Below are positions 13,778 to 26,566 of a stretch of DNA of 64,000 bases, piece after piece (position 1 is the first letter of the stretch; every line of letters starts with the position of its first letter). The notes under the pieces were generated by a model. That model ran no database searches and was not told where the DNA came from. It was given only the letters and a program-made list of their open reading frames with translations. This stretch comes from Antedon mediterranea. Lineage: Eukaryota; Animalia; Echinodermata. The stretch is from the NCBI RefSeq assembly GCF_964355755.1, contig NC_092671.1:35040304-35104303 (forward strand). The letters run 5' to 3'. Both the position numbers and the translations under genes were made by a program.

Positions 13778-14165
13778 TAACACAGGCATGGTGGTGTATA
13801 TGAGCAGGGACGTTAGTTCAGCTGGGTAGGTACATCCAATTGGCCAATTAATGCAGCCATAGTTGATGGTCCCTTTCCATGTTGGATCACTTTTCAGCTG
13901 TGTTGGAGTTGCCATTTAACAATCTAGATGTTTAAAAAAAAATTATTTTTAGTTTGATATGAAGGATTTACACAGTATTGCATAGTGACTGTAGCTGCCT
14001 TCTATCTACAAAAAAAATTCATTAAAAAAGTCCTAATTCAGCTTAAAGTTCATTCACAGATTAGAGTTCATACTGAATTAGTGCTTTGTGATCGCCATGG
14101 AAATAATTTGTTTCTGAATTCTCAAGTGTGTTTTTTCATATGAACAAGAATAATTATGTCAATTA

Positions 14166-15434
14166 GGCCAAATAAAAAAATATACTTGTTAAGCGTCACA
14201 CCCTCATAAATTTTCAGGGGCGGGGGGACGGTTTTTTTTTTTTTTTTTTTACTTTTTATAGAGGTATATTTTTGCGCGGTGGACGTTTTGCCCCACTTTT
14301 TTAGGACGAAACGTCAAACTTTTAAAATGCGAAACAGAACAAAATTGACTATGTATGAAATATTATTGCTTATGACAAAATTGAGTTTTGTATTGTTTAT
14401 ATCCAGACGTAATTAAAACATTAAATTTAATTGCCACCAAGCGAAATTGTAGGCCCTAGGCTAACTAATCCGTCCAAGGTGCTACCCCAACCTCACTCAT
14501 CGGCCATCCGCCGTCTCTCGCTCGACTAATCTATCCAGGAAATTCCCTATCGCGAGAAGCATGATTTGGTCTCAATAATACTAAATAGTGGGCTGATTTA
14601 TAGTTTGAAAACAGCTTACGGCATTTCTTAAGTGAATTTTTATTCAACGTATTCATTCTTCTTTGATGAATCCTTTGCCAATTGCTGTGTAAATCAGTAT
14701 TTAAAGTTGTGATGCAAAAAGTGTATGTAATTATTCCAGGCAGGTAAACCAGGCATAAGGAAACCCATCGCCCAACAGGACCTCGTGGTGTCAGTCGTGG
14801 TGTGCCGATCTCGAGCGCGAGATCATCGTAAACAAAATTGGTAGAGTCCATTATGTATGGGGTGTTTCCTATTTACGAACCTATAAAAAAACGCGCTTCG
14901 ACCACTGTGTAGGCAAAATATTTATTTCGTTAAATCCCTAAATTGATAATCGCTTATTCTGTAATCACGTGACTGATGATGTAATCCTCAGCGACGTACT
15001 AAATGCACATGATTTAATGTGTTGGGGAAAAGGCTTGCTGTTTACTACATTACATGATTCACGGTGTTATTCGCGTTTCCTTTACGTAAATCGGCGGCGT
15101 GTAAATGAAACAATTGTTTTCACCAATTTGCCGTTGTCGACATAGAGCGATCGGCGGCTAGCGTTGTCTAAGCTAAAAAGTATGTATTTTTTCAAAAATT
15201 ACACTAGCCTAACAAACATTTGCTAGTTTTGAAATTTTCAAATAGCAATTATGAAGAATCTACTAGCAAAATGCTAGTTTGCTAGCGTGAATTTCGAGCC
15301 CTACTCTGGAGCTGGGTCGGGCCGCTGAACTTTCCGTTGTATATCGGTAAAAAAAAAATAAAAATAAAAAGAGAGGCGGCTGGATAATCAGGAGCGGGCG
15401 GTGACGCTTAACAAGTATGTTTTTTTATTTGGCC
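14166..15434. mobile_element. Non-autonomous DNA transposon, Zator- or Harbinger-like
   Basis: ~35-bp TIR GGCCAAATAAAAAAANATACTTGTTAAGCGTCAC with TTA/TTA TSD; no transposase ORF; possible nested hAT end near 15300. Confidence 0.85.
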
Positions 15435-16264
15435 TTACTATGAAACTGTCTTCGGAAAAATCTGAACCAATTTTTGATTTGTGTACAGATTAAAATTGAT
15501 GGCTAAATAATTACCATTGCTCATTATGTGGAAGTATTATATATATGTTATGATGTAAGTCTACAGTAATTGAGTACTGCTGTGCTGTTTTAAAATCTTG
15601 CATTAATGTATTGCATAGTGAGATGACGCATGTGTATGATTTACTTGAATTTCCATGTCCTTCAGAGTAGACGTTAAGTGGTTCCTACAGTGTGTATAAT
15701 AAGTCTAAATTACAAATGTGAACAGGAGAAAATGAATTATTGAGAATAAAAAATTAAGAAATTTATATCCCAGTGTAATAATTGTTTTAGTTCTTGGAAT
15801 TAAAAATACAGACAGCAATGTAAATTTATGATTTGGATTGTTTTTACAATCTAGTTTGTCATGAGCATAGTTTTTGCTCTAATAGCCTACCATAGAAAGC
15901 CTCAATCAGAAGCCATGCATAATATTAAAACAAGAGTTGCTAATTAAACTAAAAGGTATCAACTTACCTAATATATTAGTTTCCTATTTAAAGATTATTT
16001 AGTTTACAAGTAAAGGTATAATTAGATAGTAGTTGAGCCAATTGACTGACCTGTGTAGAGGCTTCAAACCACAGCCATAATATCGTCACCCGTTTAAAGT
16101 TTTCCTTGGCCATGTTGTACTTCTAGTGGTAAAACAAGTTTTAATTGCCATACACAAGTCTTCATGAACCAGTGGACATATGGCACTCAGTGTATACAGT
16201 ATTTCGTAAAGAGAGGCTTACTCGCTGCTCTAGACCACTCCCTGTCGTTAAGCACTGCACTGGG

Positions 16265-16438
16265 CAGTGGCATAAAGTAGAGACCTAAGGCCCCTAGTTT
16301 AGGAGGCCTTGGGCGTTTTATAGCCTTTTTTGACATATTTTAATGCTGGTTTTTTTAGCACTGCTCAGGAGCTCCCATAAGCTCCGGGGCCCCTGGGTTT
16401 AGGCAGTGAGCACTAATAGTCATTACAGTACACCACTG
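16265..16438. mobile_element. hAT-like MITE family D
   Basis: CAGTGG...CCACTG; degenerate 8-bp TSD gcactggg/gcaccagg; further remnant at ~22470-22577. Confidence 0.72.
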
Positions 16439-16904
16439 GCACCAGGCTAACATCCCACCATGTCCAATGAGGCAAAGAAGGAATTTATAATAATTAATAA
16501 ACCTTTCAAACCTGGAAAGAAATTGCCCTTTTAAAAAGTGCTTGACTAATAATAGTTTACCCGTACAATTATGATCTGTCTACTTACTTATTACATCACA
16601 TTGGCATAATTTAAGTTTTAAGGAGATTGTTGCTAAGCATTCAATTTTTATGTTTGTGAGTTTATTATTAACTGTTTAACGATTAACATAATCCAAGTCT
16701 TTGATTATAATATGGTCATTTTTTTCAGATGAGAAGTATGGATTGTATTTAATGTCCCTTTTAATTGAGGATGTTTTCTCTCAGTGTTGTAACTAAAGTA
16801 GGCTTAATGTTCTCAAAAACCCATTTCTAAATGTGGTTGTGTAAAGCTGTCAATCTTTTCTTTATAGTGTACAAATTGTTAAATTAAGTTCCCAAATTCA
16901 ATGC

Positions 16905-17342
16905 GGGTCTGTTTCTACTACATAACACAAATTAACCGTTTATTTTAAAATGGATTAAAAATAAGAAGACCGCGTTTATGCTCAATTTGTGCTCCGAAAT
17001 AACCGGTTAAATCAATGGGTGGTCGTTGACAAAAATCGTAACAATTACCCAAAATGCAATTTGTCTTGGCGGTTAATTCAAACGTTACTGCCGTATAGTT
17101 GACTCGGGGTCAGCATTTAAGTCAATTAAACAACCGTTATTTTGTGTTGCAGCTAAAAGTTGCCCAGCGATAACCTGTTAAATGGGGTTCTAACACCGAA
17201 TTGAATGGGTGTTTTTAACCGGTTATTTTGCACTGCCTTTTAACTGGTTACCACAAATTTGTCCTGTTTCTGCTCCCAAGAAAATGGAGTTAATTTATTC
17301 ACACCGATTTTAACCAGTTATTTATGCAGCAGAAACAGGCCC
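16905..17342. mobile_element. MITE, Harbinger-like
   Basis: TIR GGGYCTGTTTCTRCTRCATAA; internal taaccggtta repeats. Confidence 0.75.
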
Positions 17343-17488
17343 TACATTTCCATTCTAATTTTGTTTTCTAATAATTGTGAACTGTACTATTTATTAGTAA
17401 CACTGCACTTTACTGTATGAGATGTTATAGGAAACTTATGCAACCATTGATTTTAATGTCAAACATATTTCTATGTCGTTATAACTTA

Positions 17489-17760
17489 GAGCCCGTTTGG
17501 ACGGAACAAATTTACATGTGTAATGGTCGCCAATGGTCGCGTGTTGTGTAAATTTCGAGATAAACTTGCTGTTTAAAAAATCCATCTCATGAGGTGGATT
17601 TTTAAATTACACCTTAAACCGCAAGCTGATTAACCGCAAGATAAGGAGCAATTTGACCTTAATAGTGTAAAGAGATGCATGAAATATGACCTTTACACAT
17701 GTAAATTGTTCATCACATGTAAAGTTACACATGTAACTGATTTTACGTCCGAACACAGCC
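17489..17760. mobile_element. MITE, Harbinger-like, diverged
   Basis: gtttggacg...ttacatgtgtaa versus ttacacatgtaa...cgtccgaac inverted ends. Confidence 0.6.
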
Positions 17761-17915
17761 TTTCATGGTACAAATAATACTATTATTTGTTATTCCTTAT
17801 GATTATAAGTAATTTGACATTTTTTTGTATATGACAGAACACCATAACCATTAACCCATTTAATCAATAGTGATAATTAGTATGTCAATAATCTCACTCA
17901 CTCGTTTTTTTACAG

Positions 17916-17968
17916 CCTTCGTTGAAGAAGCCGATCGTTTCTCGTCACAAAAGACATTTAATTTTCTT
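17916..17968 (+). CDS. Candidate exon (A)FVEEADRFSSQKTFNFL; 3' end uncertain
   Basis: Good acceptor (ctcgtttttttacag); EEADRF resembles USP9X PEDELF. No in-phase GT donor; a GC at 17969 would give phase 0. Confidence 0.45.
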
Positions 17969-18053
17969 GCGATTATGCATTAAATAAAATTAAATAATAT
18001 TATTGATATTTTTAATATTACAATTTTTGTAATACAGTACAATGTTTCATTTA

Positions 18054-18179
18054 AGCTTTGTCTACACTATCAAACTTTATGTGACAACAAAATGTGATGT
18101 GTCTCTATATGGACATGATGATGTCATCACTATTATCACACTGTTTTTGTCAAGCTAGTTTGATAGTGTAGACAGAGCT
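18054..18179 (-). mobile_element. MITE family A, inverted
   Basis: TIRs with TTA/TTA TSD. Confidence 0.88.
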
Positions 18180-18296
18180 TTAGATATCCATATTCAGGGT
18201 ACATCTCTGTTAAAGAGACATTTTCCAGTAAAATGAACCATATATGTTTTAATACTATAGTTTACTACACCTACTAAGACACTTTATATAAGTAAA

Positions 18297-18415
18297 TGAG
18301 TAGGATCGTCTCCCGGTGTGCTGATCTGGTAGGCGCTGCACTGCTGGCTGCCGTGGGTCCGTGGAGGGCCTAATCCGAATTTCCTCAGTTTCCAGTTAAA
18401 CTTGAGGACCAGTAT
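18297..18415 (+). mobile_element. 5'-truncated SINE tail, same family as 7510-7640
   Basis: gagtagga..tcccggtgt...ctgcactgctggctg...gcctaatccgaatttcctcag...cttgagg shared in inverted orientation. Confidence 0.75.
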
Positions 18416-18488
18416 AATACATTTAACATTTTAACATTTTTTTAAATTATTAATATTATTAATAATAATACATAATTCTGTCTTACAG

Positions 18489-18607
18489 TCTCCATTGGTG
18501 AAACAGCTACTGAGTCATTATTCCAACGCTGGAGGTTTTGTCTCGTTACAGGAGCGTCTGACCCGATGCAATGAGTTAAACCTGATACAGATCGCTTGTC
18601 TCCTTAG
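18489..18607 (+). CDS. Internal exon SPLVKQLLSHYSNAGGFVSLQERLTRCNELNLIQIACLL(R)
   Basis: tcttacag / AG|gtaaag; 119 nt, phase 0-2; resembles USP9X [39 protein letters not shown]. Confidence 0.88.
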
Positions 18608-18633
18608 GTAAAGTATTACTTGTCAGTCACTTA

Positions 18634-18907
18634 AGCTCTGTCCACACTATCAAACTAGTTTGACAAAAAAGTGTGGATGTGCCCAAGTATGGTAGTGATA
18701 TACCCAAATATGGTAGTGGTATGACATCATCATGTCCATATATGGGCACATTACATTTTTTTGTCATATAAAAGTTTATAGTGTAGATAGAGACGCAACA
18801 CAAAACATAGACAAAACGCAAGCAAGTTGGCAAACGACAGTTCTAGTGTTCAAATGCTTGTGAATGGTCAACACTGTATGTTGTGTCTCTTAGTGGGATT
18901 CACGCAT
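18634..18907 (+). mobile_element. MITE family A (18634-~18792) abutting a MITE family B remnant (~18789-18907)
   Basis: Family A sequence runs directly into agagacgcaacaca...tagtggga, shared with 7800-7944. Confidence 0.8.
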
Positions 18908-19073
18908 TAGAGACCATGTGAAATTATCCTACTGCAGATTACTGCAGTAACTAGATTTTGTTTTTTTCGATTACCACAAAATGATGTTTAGATTTTCAAA
19001 CGCAAGTAATTACTATGCCTTTTAATATGTCCGGTTTGACAAAATTAAATGTATAAAATAAAATAATAATTAA

Positions 19074-19414
19074 AGATGTATTGTCCCCAAAAACATGAAA
19101 AATTAAGATTAACTAAATCAGACTTTGTATAGGTTATTTTGTAGTTTTAATAAAGTTAATCACTTCCGTAGAAAAATATGAAAAAAAATAATGTTTTCAC
19201 TATAAAATAACATAATAAATGGTTAATTCAACCAAAAATCCATTGGCTGGCATCAAATTTTACCATTTTTTGCTTTAAATTACAGTTTTTGCTTGTAAAT
19301 AAATTTTGTTTAAATCCAATTTTTGGTCAAAGTAGATAACTATTATGTGACATTAAAATGGCATATTCAACAACAACAATTTTTAAAATTATTTTTCAGG
19401 GAGACAATACATCT
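19074..19414. mobile_element. Kolobok-like non-autonomous element
   Basis: TIR AGATGTATTGTCYCC with TTAA TSD on both sides; related inverted copies at ~2380-2483 and ~3835-3990. Confidence 0.8.
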
Positions 19415-21372
19415 TTAATATGTCATATTTAATAGTGTATGTATACATGAAGAAAAATCACTATACTGAAAAACATAAACAACATAATTCATCACTCTTC
19501 TTCAACAACACACCTGGTCAATAATATTATTTCTGAAAATGATATGCTTCTGACAGAGATAATAACTTGTCATTGATAGAAGACCAATTGACACAGTTCA
19601 GTGACCTCTCTGATGGTAATCAGATACATATCAATATCTAAAATTTATATAACCTTTAATCCACATGCATATGTCATACATTTATGTATGGTATTATTAG
19701 TTGTATTTGAATTTATAGTTTAAAAAAGAGCCTATTTTTGCTGTGAAAAAATAATGTTAAATAACATGTCAATAGTAGTAATTAAATTCCATGAAATTCA
19801 GCACAATAATTATGGAAATGGAGATAAATACTACAGAAATAATACAAAATTATAATTTGGCCTTAAATTACAGGATGGAATATCCTGTCTAAACACAATA
19901 AATATGGACAAAGATCCACACCACTAAAGGCCTGTTTTTGTGGGATTTCCTCTGATCGTATGACATGTCAATGGCCGTTCATGCAACTTTCATCTGCAAT
20001 GCAAAATAATAATGTTAATGATTGACTGCCATTGGTCTTAAAGTCAACTAACACATAAAAAGTTTAAATTTATCTCAGGTATAATGCCACCCCTCTTGTG
20101 CACGAAATGGATTTGGTAGGTTGGCCAACAATACCCGGGGATTTCCCTGTGAATGAACCGAACATTCTTATGCCGAAGTGATGTTTATTTCCGTATGATC
20201 CAATAGCATAAACTATATCTAAAGCTATATTCCGGTATAGAAATTATATTTTACTTGAGCATTAAAGGAAGGGACCAAGCTCTAGTGCTTACAGGCCTAG
20301 GCCATTGCTAATTGGCCTTCATGCTAGGCCTATTTTTATTCTATTATACTACATTAACAGTACCGTACTCCTAAAGTAGTTGACTAATTTAAGAACATAC
20401 CATCTAATGATGGATTATCAATTAAACATCAAAATCTCATTATCATTCCTAATTACTCATTCAATGTCACTATGGATGATTAGTTTAATATTAGAATTCA
20501 ATAGATTAGTACTCAACACAACAATGGTTGATTAATTAGCACTGATTATATGATGTGATTAAGATTAATAGAACAAGTCTAGTGTACTATTGAGGTATTG
20601 CATAGTACATTGTACACAATGTGTTTATTTTTTCTTTCAAAGTGAATAACTCTGTATATTTCAAAATTATTCTGGATAATTCTCATCCTCAATTATCATT
20701 CAATGTATAATTTCAAGGCAGTAGCGAGAGTTTAAAAACAGATGAGACAAAGATGCTTTAAATATAATTATTAATCTAAAATATGATGATCTGTGCTGGA
20801 GAATTGGGGTGGGTGGTGAAAATTGAAAATTTCAGACGAGACGAGCGCCTCATGCTGAGGACCCGAATTTTGTACCCTGACCATATAGGAAAATATTACT
20901 AAAAGGCCTACAAATTCTGTGCCACTACCCAAAGCAAAACTGGGTTCAAATCCTTTCTTAGTCAATACTCAGATTTTATCCATGTCTGAAAACACTGTAG
21001 GCAAACACTCATACTGTAGATTACAGTAGGTATTGGGATTTTACTTCAACAGTTCTACTAACTCAAATAAGACTACTGTATAAAATCTGAATACTGAGCT
21101 AAGCCTCACATGAGACAGATGGTAATAGGTTATTCTCATTCTGTAATTTCCGACTCAATTTATTTTGAAATATGTGATATTATACATGTTCGTGACAATT
21201 CTAAAATTGTATTTGTACCCAAATTTCACACTGCAAGAGCAGTAACAATACTGGTTAGATATTTTTTCTTTCTCTCTGTCTAGTCAAAATTTCTTTTATC
21301 TTTCTACCTCAATAGGTAATATTTATTCAATAGAATATTTATGCATTAATGCTTTTTATTTACTCTTTACAG

Positions 21373-21439
21373 GCCCTTTGGTAACTGTGCAGAAGCTTTG
21401 ACCCCCGACATTGTGCAGTCGTATTTTGTTACGGTTCTA
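21373..21439 (+). CDS. Internal exon (R)PFGNCAEALTPDIVQSYFVTVL
   Basis: ctctttacag / gtaagt; 67 nt, phase 2-0; resembles USP9X [23 protein letters not shown] and USP24 QPLGVCAEYL. Confidence 0.9.
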
Positions 21440-21770
21440 GTAAGTATCAGAAGTCGTAATTATTCCAAACGAATGGGAAATTCCGCTTTTGTAGATTTGT
21501 CATGGTTTTTATTATGCAAATTTGTGTATTTCCCCATGTCTGTCAACTGCAAACTTGTTCTAAATTAAATTCAACAGTGTACAGTACTCAACAATTCATT
21601 AATGGTTAGACATATCCAGCAATATTGCGTGTAATATCCTGGTGAGGATGGCCTATCAAGAGTTTTTTATACAGAAAATATGGAAAGGGGAGGGGGAAAT
21701 GTTGATTGATAAATTAACTTTATTAAAAAAAAACAAATATAAAAATACGGAAACAAATGCGACATGGAGT

Positions 21771-21994
21771 GGAGTTGTGGCTTGGTGGTTATGATTCTTG
21801 GCTACCACTCCAAGGGTCCTGGTTTGAAGTCCCTTAAATATCAGGACTTTTTCTAAGGACAAAATTACAACTCCACTCCCAAAGACTTGTAATAAGACTT
21901 TGTTTATGTAGAGCATCTTGTGTATATGTTTCTCTTGTGAACCTCTGAGGGTCCCTAATGATCAGCAATTGCTGGATGGATCACCCTCATTAAA
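21771..21994 (+). mobile_element. tRNA-derived SINE family 2
   Basis: GGAGTTGTGGCTTGGTGGTT A box and degenerate B box; body shared with 5598-5781 and 62123-62295. Confidence 0.82.
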
Positions 21995-23856
21995 TATGGT
22001 TTAAAAAAAACAACAAAAACCCCAAAAATCAGGATAAAATATGAAACGTTTTGTAGTTTCAACCATGCACATACAGTTAACCACAAAAAAAAGCATCTCG
22101 TACAAAATATTCAGTTTTAACAGATAAACGAAAGGAGTAGTAGTGCAACAAGTATTGTTAGCAATCACACAATAACAAATAGTAGATTTTATTACAGTAC
22201 CTAATAAAGGAAACATTGTAAAGACTTAAGTAGGAGACATCCGATGCTGTAAAGTTTGTATTGCTATGAGGAAACTACTGTACACATTTGGCATGAGTCA
22301 TCTTTTAGTAGTAGGGGCAAAACTAACCCAGTGTTCATAAAGCCCCCCTTGTTAAATGGTTGATAAACAACACTAAAATTCCCCCTAGAACACAATATAT
22401 ATTTCAATCAATTAATCCCTATGGTGACACTAGTGGGTAGGTTTAGGCATTTCCAACAAGTGGCACCCCAGCCTTTTTTGACATATTGTAATGCCCTTTT
22501 CCCCTTCCGGGCCTTGCTCAGGGGCTCCTTTAACCCCTGGGTTTAGCCAGTGTGCGTTCATAGTCGTTATGCCCTGCCAATAGTCCATAAAGCCAATATT
22601 GAAATGTGTTCTGTTGTTACCAATGCACTATTACAACACACAAGCAGATAACCTTTAGATATTTGTAGACAATTTTAACAGCAGTTTGGTGCTGGTATAT
22701 AATGACCCTCTGACATTGTATTCTGTAGGTACATAGATAAAAGATAAGGCATGTTTACTGTACTTGAATAGGTCATGTTGACTGTCAATAGTATTGGTAG
22801 TAGGTGTTCATAGGTGTGGTTATGTTTATTAAGCTAATGAGGGCGCTGTCATGTTTTTGCAACATTAGATTTTCAAAGTTTACATTCCTATTGTCGCTTT
22901 TGTATACAAAGCTGTAGAAAAATTGTTGTAGACAAAATTATTGTCCCAAAAATTTTTTTTTCCTGAGCTTATTATAAAAAATACAATATAAATCCTCAAC
23001 ACAATTACTTCCTCATTTACATACAACCTGTCCTATTGAGATATAAGTAATCCAGGCATTGTTTTCTGTTCTGATGATGAGAATAGTTTCTCGAAACATG
23101 TCAAGGTAAGGCAGTTTGCCTATTAATACCAAATGCCTTACAATCTTGGTTTAAACTCAAAAGTTTAGTGGAATCATACATGATTTATTAAACAAAACAC
23201 AATACAGTAAATATACATTGCACTTGAATTACCAGCCACTAAATTGTACTAAATCATGTTTATTGATTCAGATGTTTATTTTCAGACATTCTATAGCTGA
23301 TTTTACAATTTATAACAAACATAAAATATAGGATCATTATTAAATGCATTAGATATGAAAAGCATTCGTTTATTTCAAAGCATGGTTTTTACATTGTATG
23401 GGAATAATTGCAGAGTAATTTATATTTCCGGTAAGGAGATATTTTTACAATAAGTTGTCTAAATTGTTTGATTGAGCGGTTAATGTTGTCTAGACATAAT
23501 ATTTTATACCTGAGTAATTATTGATTAATAAAATTATGTATTTCTTTACGCTAGAATGTTATACTTAATAAACATATTGTATATATATATCTGTGACAAA
23601 ATGTTATATTTTCACTTCAATGACCTTTAATGACCTTCAATGACACACTAACTACGTGTTTTCGGTGTTTGACGACACCGGAGAAGGTACACCGAAAAAC
23701 GTTTAGCTTCATTTTACCTCACATAAAGCACACCGTGCTGGTTGGATTTTCCTATTTACACCAGTCAATAAAAACTGCACAGGGTTACTTCACTGTTGCA
23801 GTGATAGTTAAAGAGTGTTTCAGTTTCATGTATGATTTTCGTTCTTTTTCTTTCAG

Positions 23857-23976
23857 GATGGATTATGTAAATATGTTGAAGAATTAGATAGTGATGTTTT
23901 ACTACAGGAAGACACACAAATTCCCTGTATTTTACCAGATCTTGCCGGTCAAAAACTTATAGAAACATTACTTGAC
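23857..23976 (+). CDS. Internal exon DGLCKYVEELDSDVLLQEDTQIPCILPDLAGQKLIETLLD
   Basis: ttctttttctttcag / gtaagt; 120 nt, phase 0-0; weak likeness to USP9X QFLENLTDEELKKE. Confidence 0.85.
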
Positions 23977-24239
23977 GTAAGTTACTTCATGGAGTTTTAA
24001 GTTAATTCATACAGTATACTACAGGTGGGTTTCCGGTTGCACAAAAAGCTAGCAATGCAATAGAACCATTGATTAGATCGTTACGTGGAATGGAACGATT
24101 AAAATTACCTACAGTGTGTTGTGTGATCTCTCAATCAAGAAGTAAATAAGCAGTATATTATATTATTATTGTAAACAGCAAATCAATGACTACCTAATGG
24201 TATGTTTTATGATACATGTTTTTATAAAGTTGCGGGGCA

Positions 24240-24806
24240 AAGGCCCCTGGTTTAGCACTCCTAAGTGGCCCTGCAATGCTAGGTAGTTGCATTGTACTGC
24301 TCTAGCGCCCCTTAAGCTGTGAGACCCCTGGGTTTAGCCATAACCGTTAGGGCCCCTTAAGCTGTGAGACCCCTGGGTTTAGCCATAACCGTTAGGGCCC
24401 CTTAAGCTGTGAGACCCCTGGGTTTAGCCATAACCGTTAGGGCCCCTTAAGCTGTGAGACCCCTGGGTTTAGCCATAACCGTTAGGGCCCCTTAAGCTGT
24501 GAGACCCCTGGGTTTAGCCATAGCCGTTAGGGCCCCTTAAGCTGTGAGACCCCTGGGTTTAGCCATAGCCGTTAGGGCCCCTTAAGCTGTGAGACCCCTG
24601 GGTTTAGCCATAGCCGTTAGGGCCCCTTAAGCTGTGAGACCCCTGGGTTTAGCCATAGCCGTTAGGGCCCCTTAAGCTGTGAGACCCCTGGGTTTAGCCA
24701 TAGCCGTTAGGACCCCTTAAGCTGTGAGACCCCTGGGTTTAGCCATAGCCGTTAGGGCCCCTTAAGCTGTGAGACCCCTGGGTTTAGCCATAGCCGTTGG
24801 CCACTG
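24240..24806. repeat. 45-bp tandem array (11 units, ~24306-24798) inside MITE family D
   Basis: Unit gttagggccccttaagctgtgagacccctgggtttagccatarcc; preceded by aggcccctggtttagcactcctaa as at 9168; ends gccactg. Confidence 0.92.
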
Positions 24807-25115
24807 AAAGTTGCTATGAATCATGGAGTTGGTGTATAGTCTGCTCCTAGCTTTCATCTAGAAAATGGCAAAAGTGTTAAATTGCCTTTTAGACTTCAAC
24901 TACAAATTATACCCAAGTCATGACATTTCCTTTTCATAAATATTTCATATTTAAATGACGAGATAATTTTTGTTTAAATACAAAAGCAAGCTTGTAATGA
25001 TGAATCTAATAAGCATAGTGGCCTCACAAACAAACAAAAAACCACCAGGAAATAGTAATTTTTCGTTTAGATTTCAATTTAGTTTATTTTTATTTATAAA
25101 AACTTTTAAAAATAA

Positions 25116-25606
25116 CAGTAGAAGCCCAGTCATCCCTATTAAGAGGACACGCCTATTCAAAGTACACGCACCTATTCAGGGTACACACACCTACTCAGGG
25201 TACACACACCTACTCAGGGTACATGCACCTATTCAGGGTACACACACCTACTCAGGGTACACGCACCTACTCGGGGTACGCGCACCTACTCGGGGTACGC
25301 GCACCTACTCGGGGTACGCGCACCTACTCGGGGTACGCGCACATATTCAGGGTACACGCACCTATTCAGGGTACACGCACCTATTCAGGGTACACGCACC
25401 TATTCAGGGTACACGCACCTATTCAGGATACATGCACCTAATCAGGATACGTACACCTATTCAGAGGACACACACCTATTCAGGGTACACACACCTATTC
25501 ACGGGAAATCCTGACACTTTCCTGTGAAATTATGGGGCAAGGGGTATGTTTTAACATTGAAGTAGACACTTTGTTTAGCCCATACGGTGTCCCCTTAATA
25601 GACGTA
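25116..25606 (+). repeat. 19-bp minisatellite (cacctattcagggtacacg, ~19 units) inside MITE family C
   Basis: Period 19 at 25152/25171/25190; cagtagaa start and ggtgtccccttaatag end shared with 32701-32851. Confidence 0.88.
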
Positions 25607-25967
25607 TTATGTTTAATTTATATTTCTGGTGACATTGTATCTAGAAGTAGCTTAGCCGAACTGCTGATTGATTGATATAAAACATGGTGCTGTTGTACAT
25701 ATAATTATTTCTACTAATATATAACTCCGGAAACCAGTCGACACACCATTAATTAATTTATTAAAATATTTATGTTGCAAGTAAGTGTAGACATCATTGA
25801 TATGTCACTCATTTTATGTTATAGTAATTGTGTCAAACACGATAATTGTCAATTGTAGTGACAACCAGAACTAGAGTGATAGATGACGGGGACATTAACG
25901 ATGGCTTGTATATTAAACGAAGATGACTCAATTGCATTATATTAAAACTACTTTTATCTTGTCTTAG

Positions 25968-26056
25968 TCACTGAGTGCCATCATCGTTCAAGTAAAGTCG
26001 GAAGATGTGGATGCGTATATAAACGTACAGTGCTGGCAACATCGTATACGAACAAG
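25968..26056 (+). CDS. Internal exon SLSAIIVQVKSEDVDAYINVQCWQHRIRT(R)
   Basis: cttttatcttgtcttag / AG|gtatta; 89 nt, phase 0-2 bridges to the RING exon; positionally matches USP9X SLKNLASRV...RLKMILR. Confidence 0.75.
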
Positions 26057-26497
26057 GTATTATAATGAGGCGCAGAAAAAAAAACCCATACATAATTGTT
26101 GATCATGCTGCAATATATACCAACTCACTGATAAAATATGTGTTCCGTGAATCCTTACAATATTAATATCTGCATACAATTTTTAATCTATATTCATTAT
26201 GAAATCGGATCATCATTATGTATTTATTACAAATATTATAAATATGAAACATTCATATGCCTCAAAAAGAATTAGGAAAAATACAGAAAAATAGTCTACA
26301 AATAATGGATGTTTGTGAGTGATATAATTTCAGTCAGGCTTTCGAAGAAAGTAAATATTCTCCCATTCAACAAATAAAAAACATTAATTTTTTTTTTATA
26401 ACACACCTGACTAGATTTTTGATTGGAGGATTATGATCATATGATATATAATAAAATACTCCAATGAACATTATGTTTAACATATCAAGGATGCACT

Positions 26498-26566
26498 TTT
26501 GTTATATGCGAGTGAAATTTTGTTATATGCGAGTGAAATTTTGTTATATGCGAGTGAAATTTGTTA
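26498..26566. repeat. 21-bp tandem repeat x3
   Basis: ttgttatatgcgagtgaaatt. Confidence 0.9.

Noticed and set aside
14531-14851. 106-aa ORF inside the 14.2-15.4 kb element (also ORFs in the 41.4 and 59.0 kb MITEs)
   Set aside because: No transposase motifs; chance ORFs in non-autonomous elements.
24970-25527. 185-aa repetitive ORF
   Set aside because: Stop-free by-product of the 19-bp minisatellite cycling through three frames; lies in an intron of gene 1.
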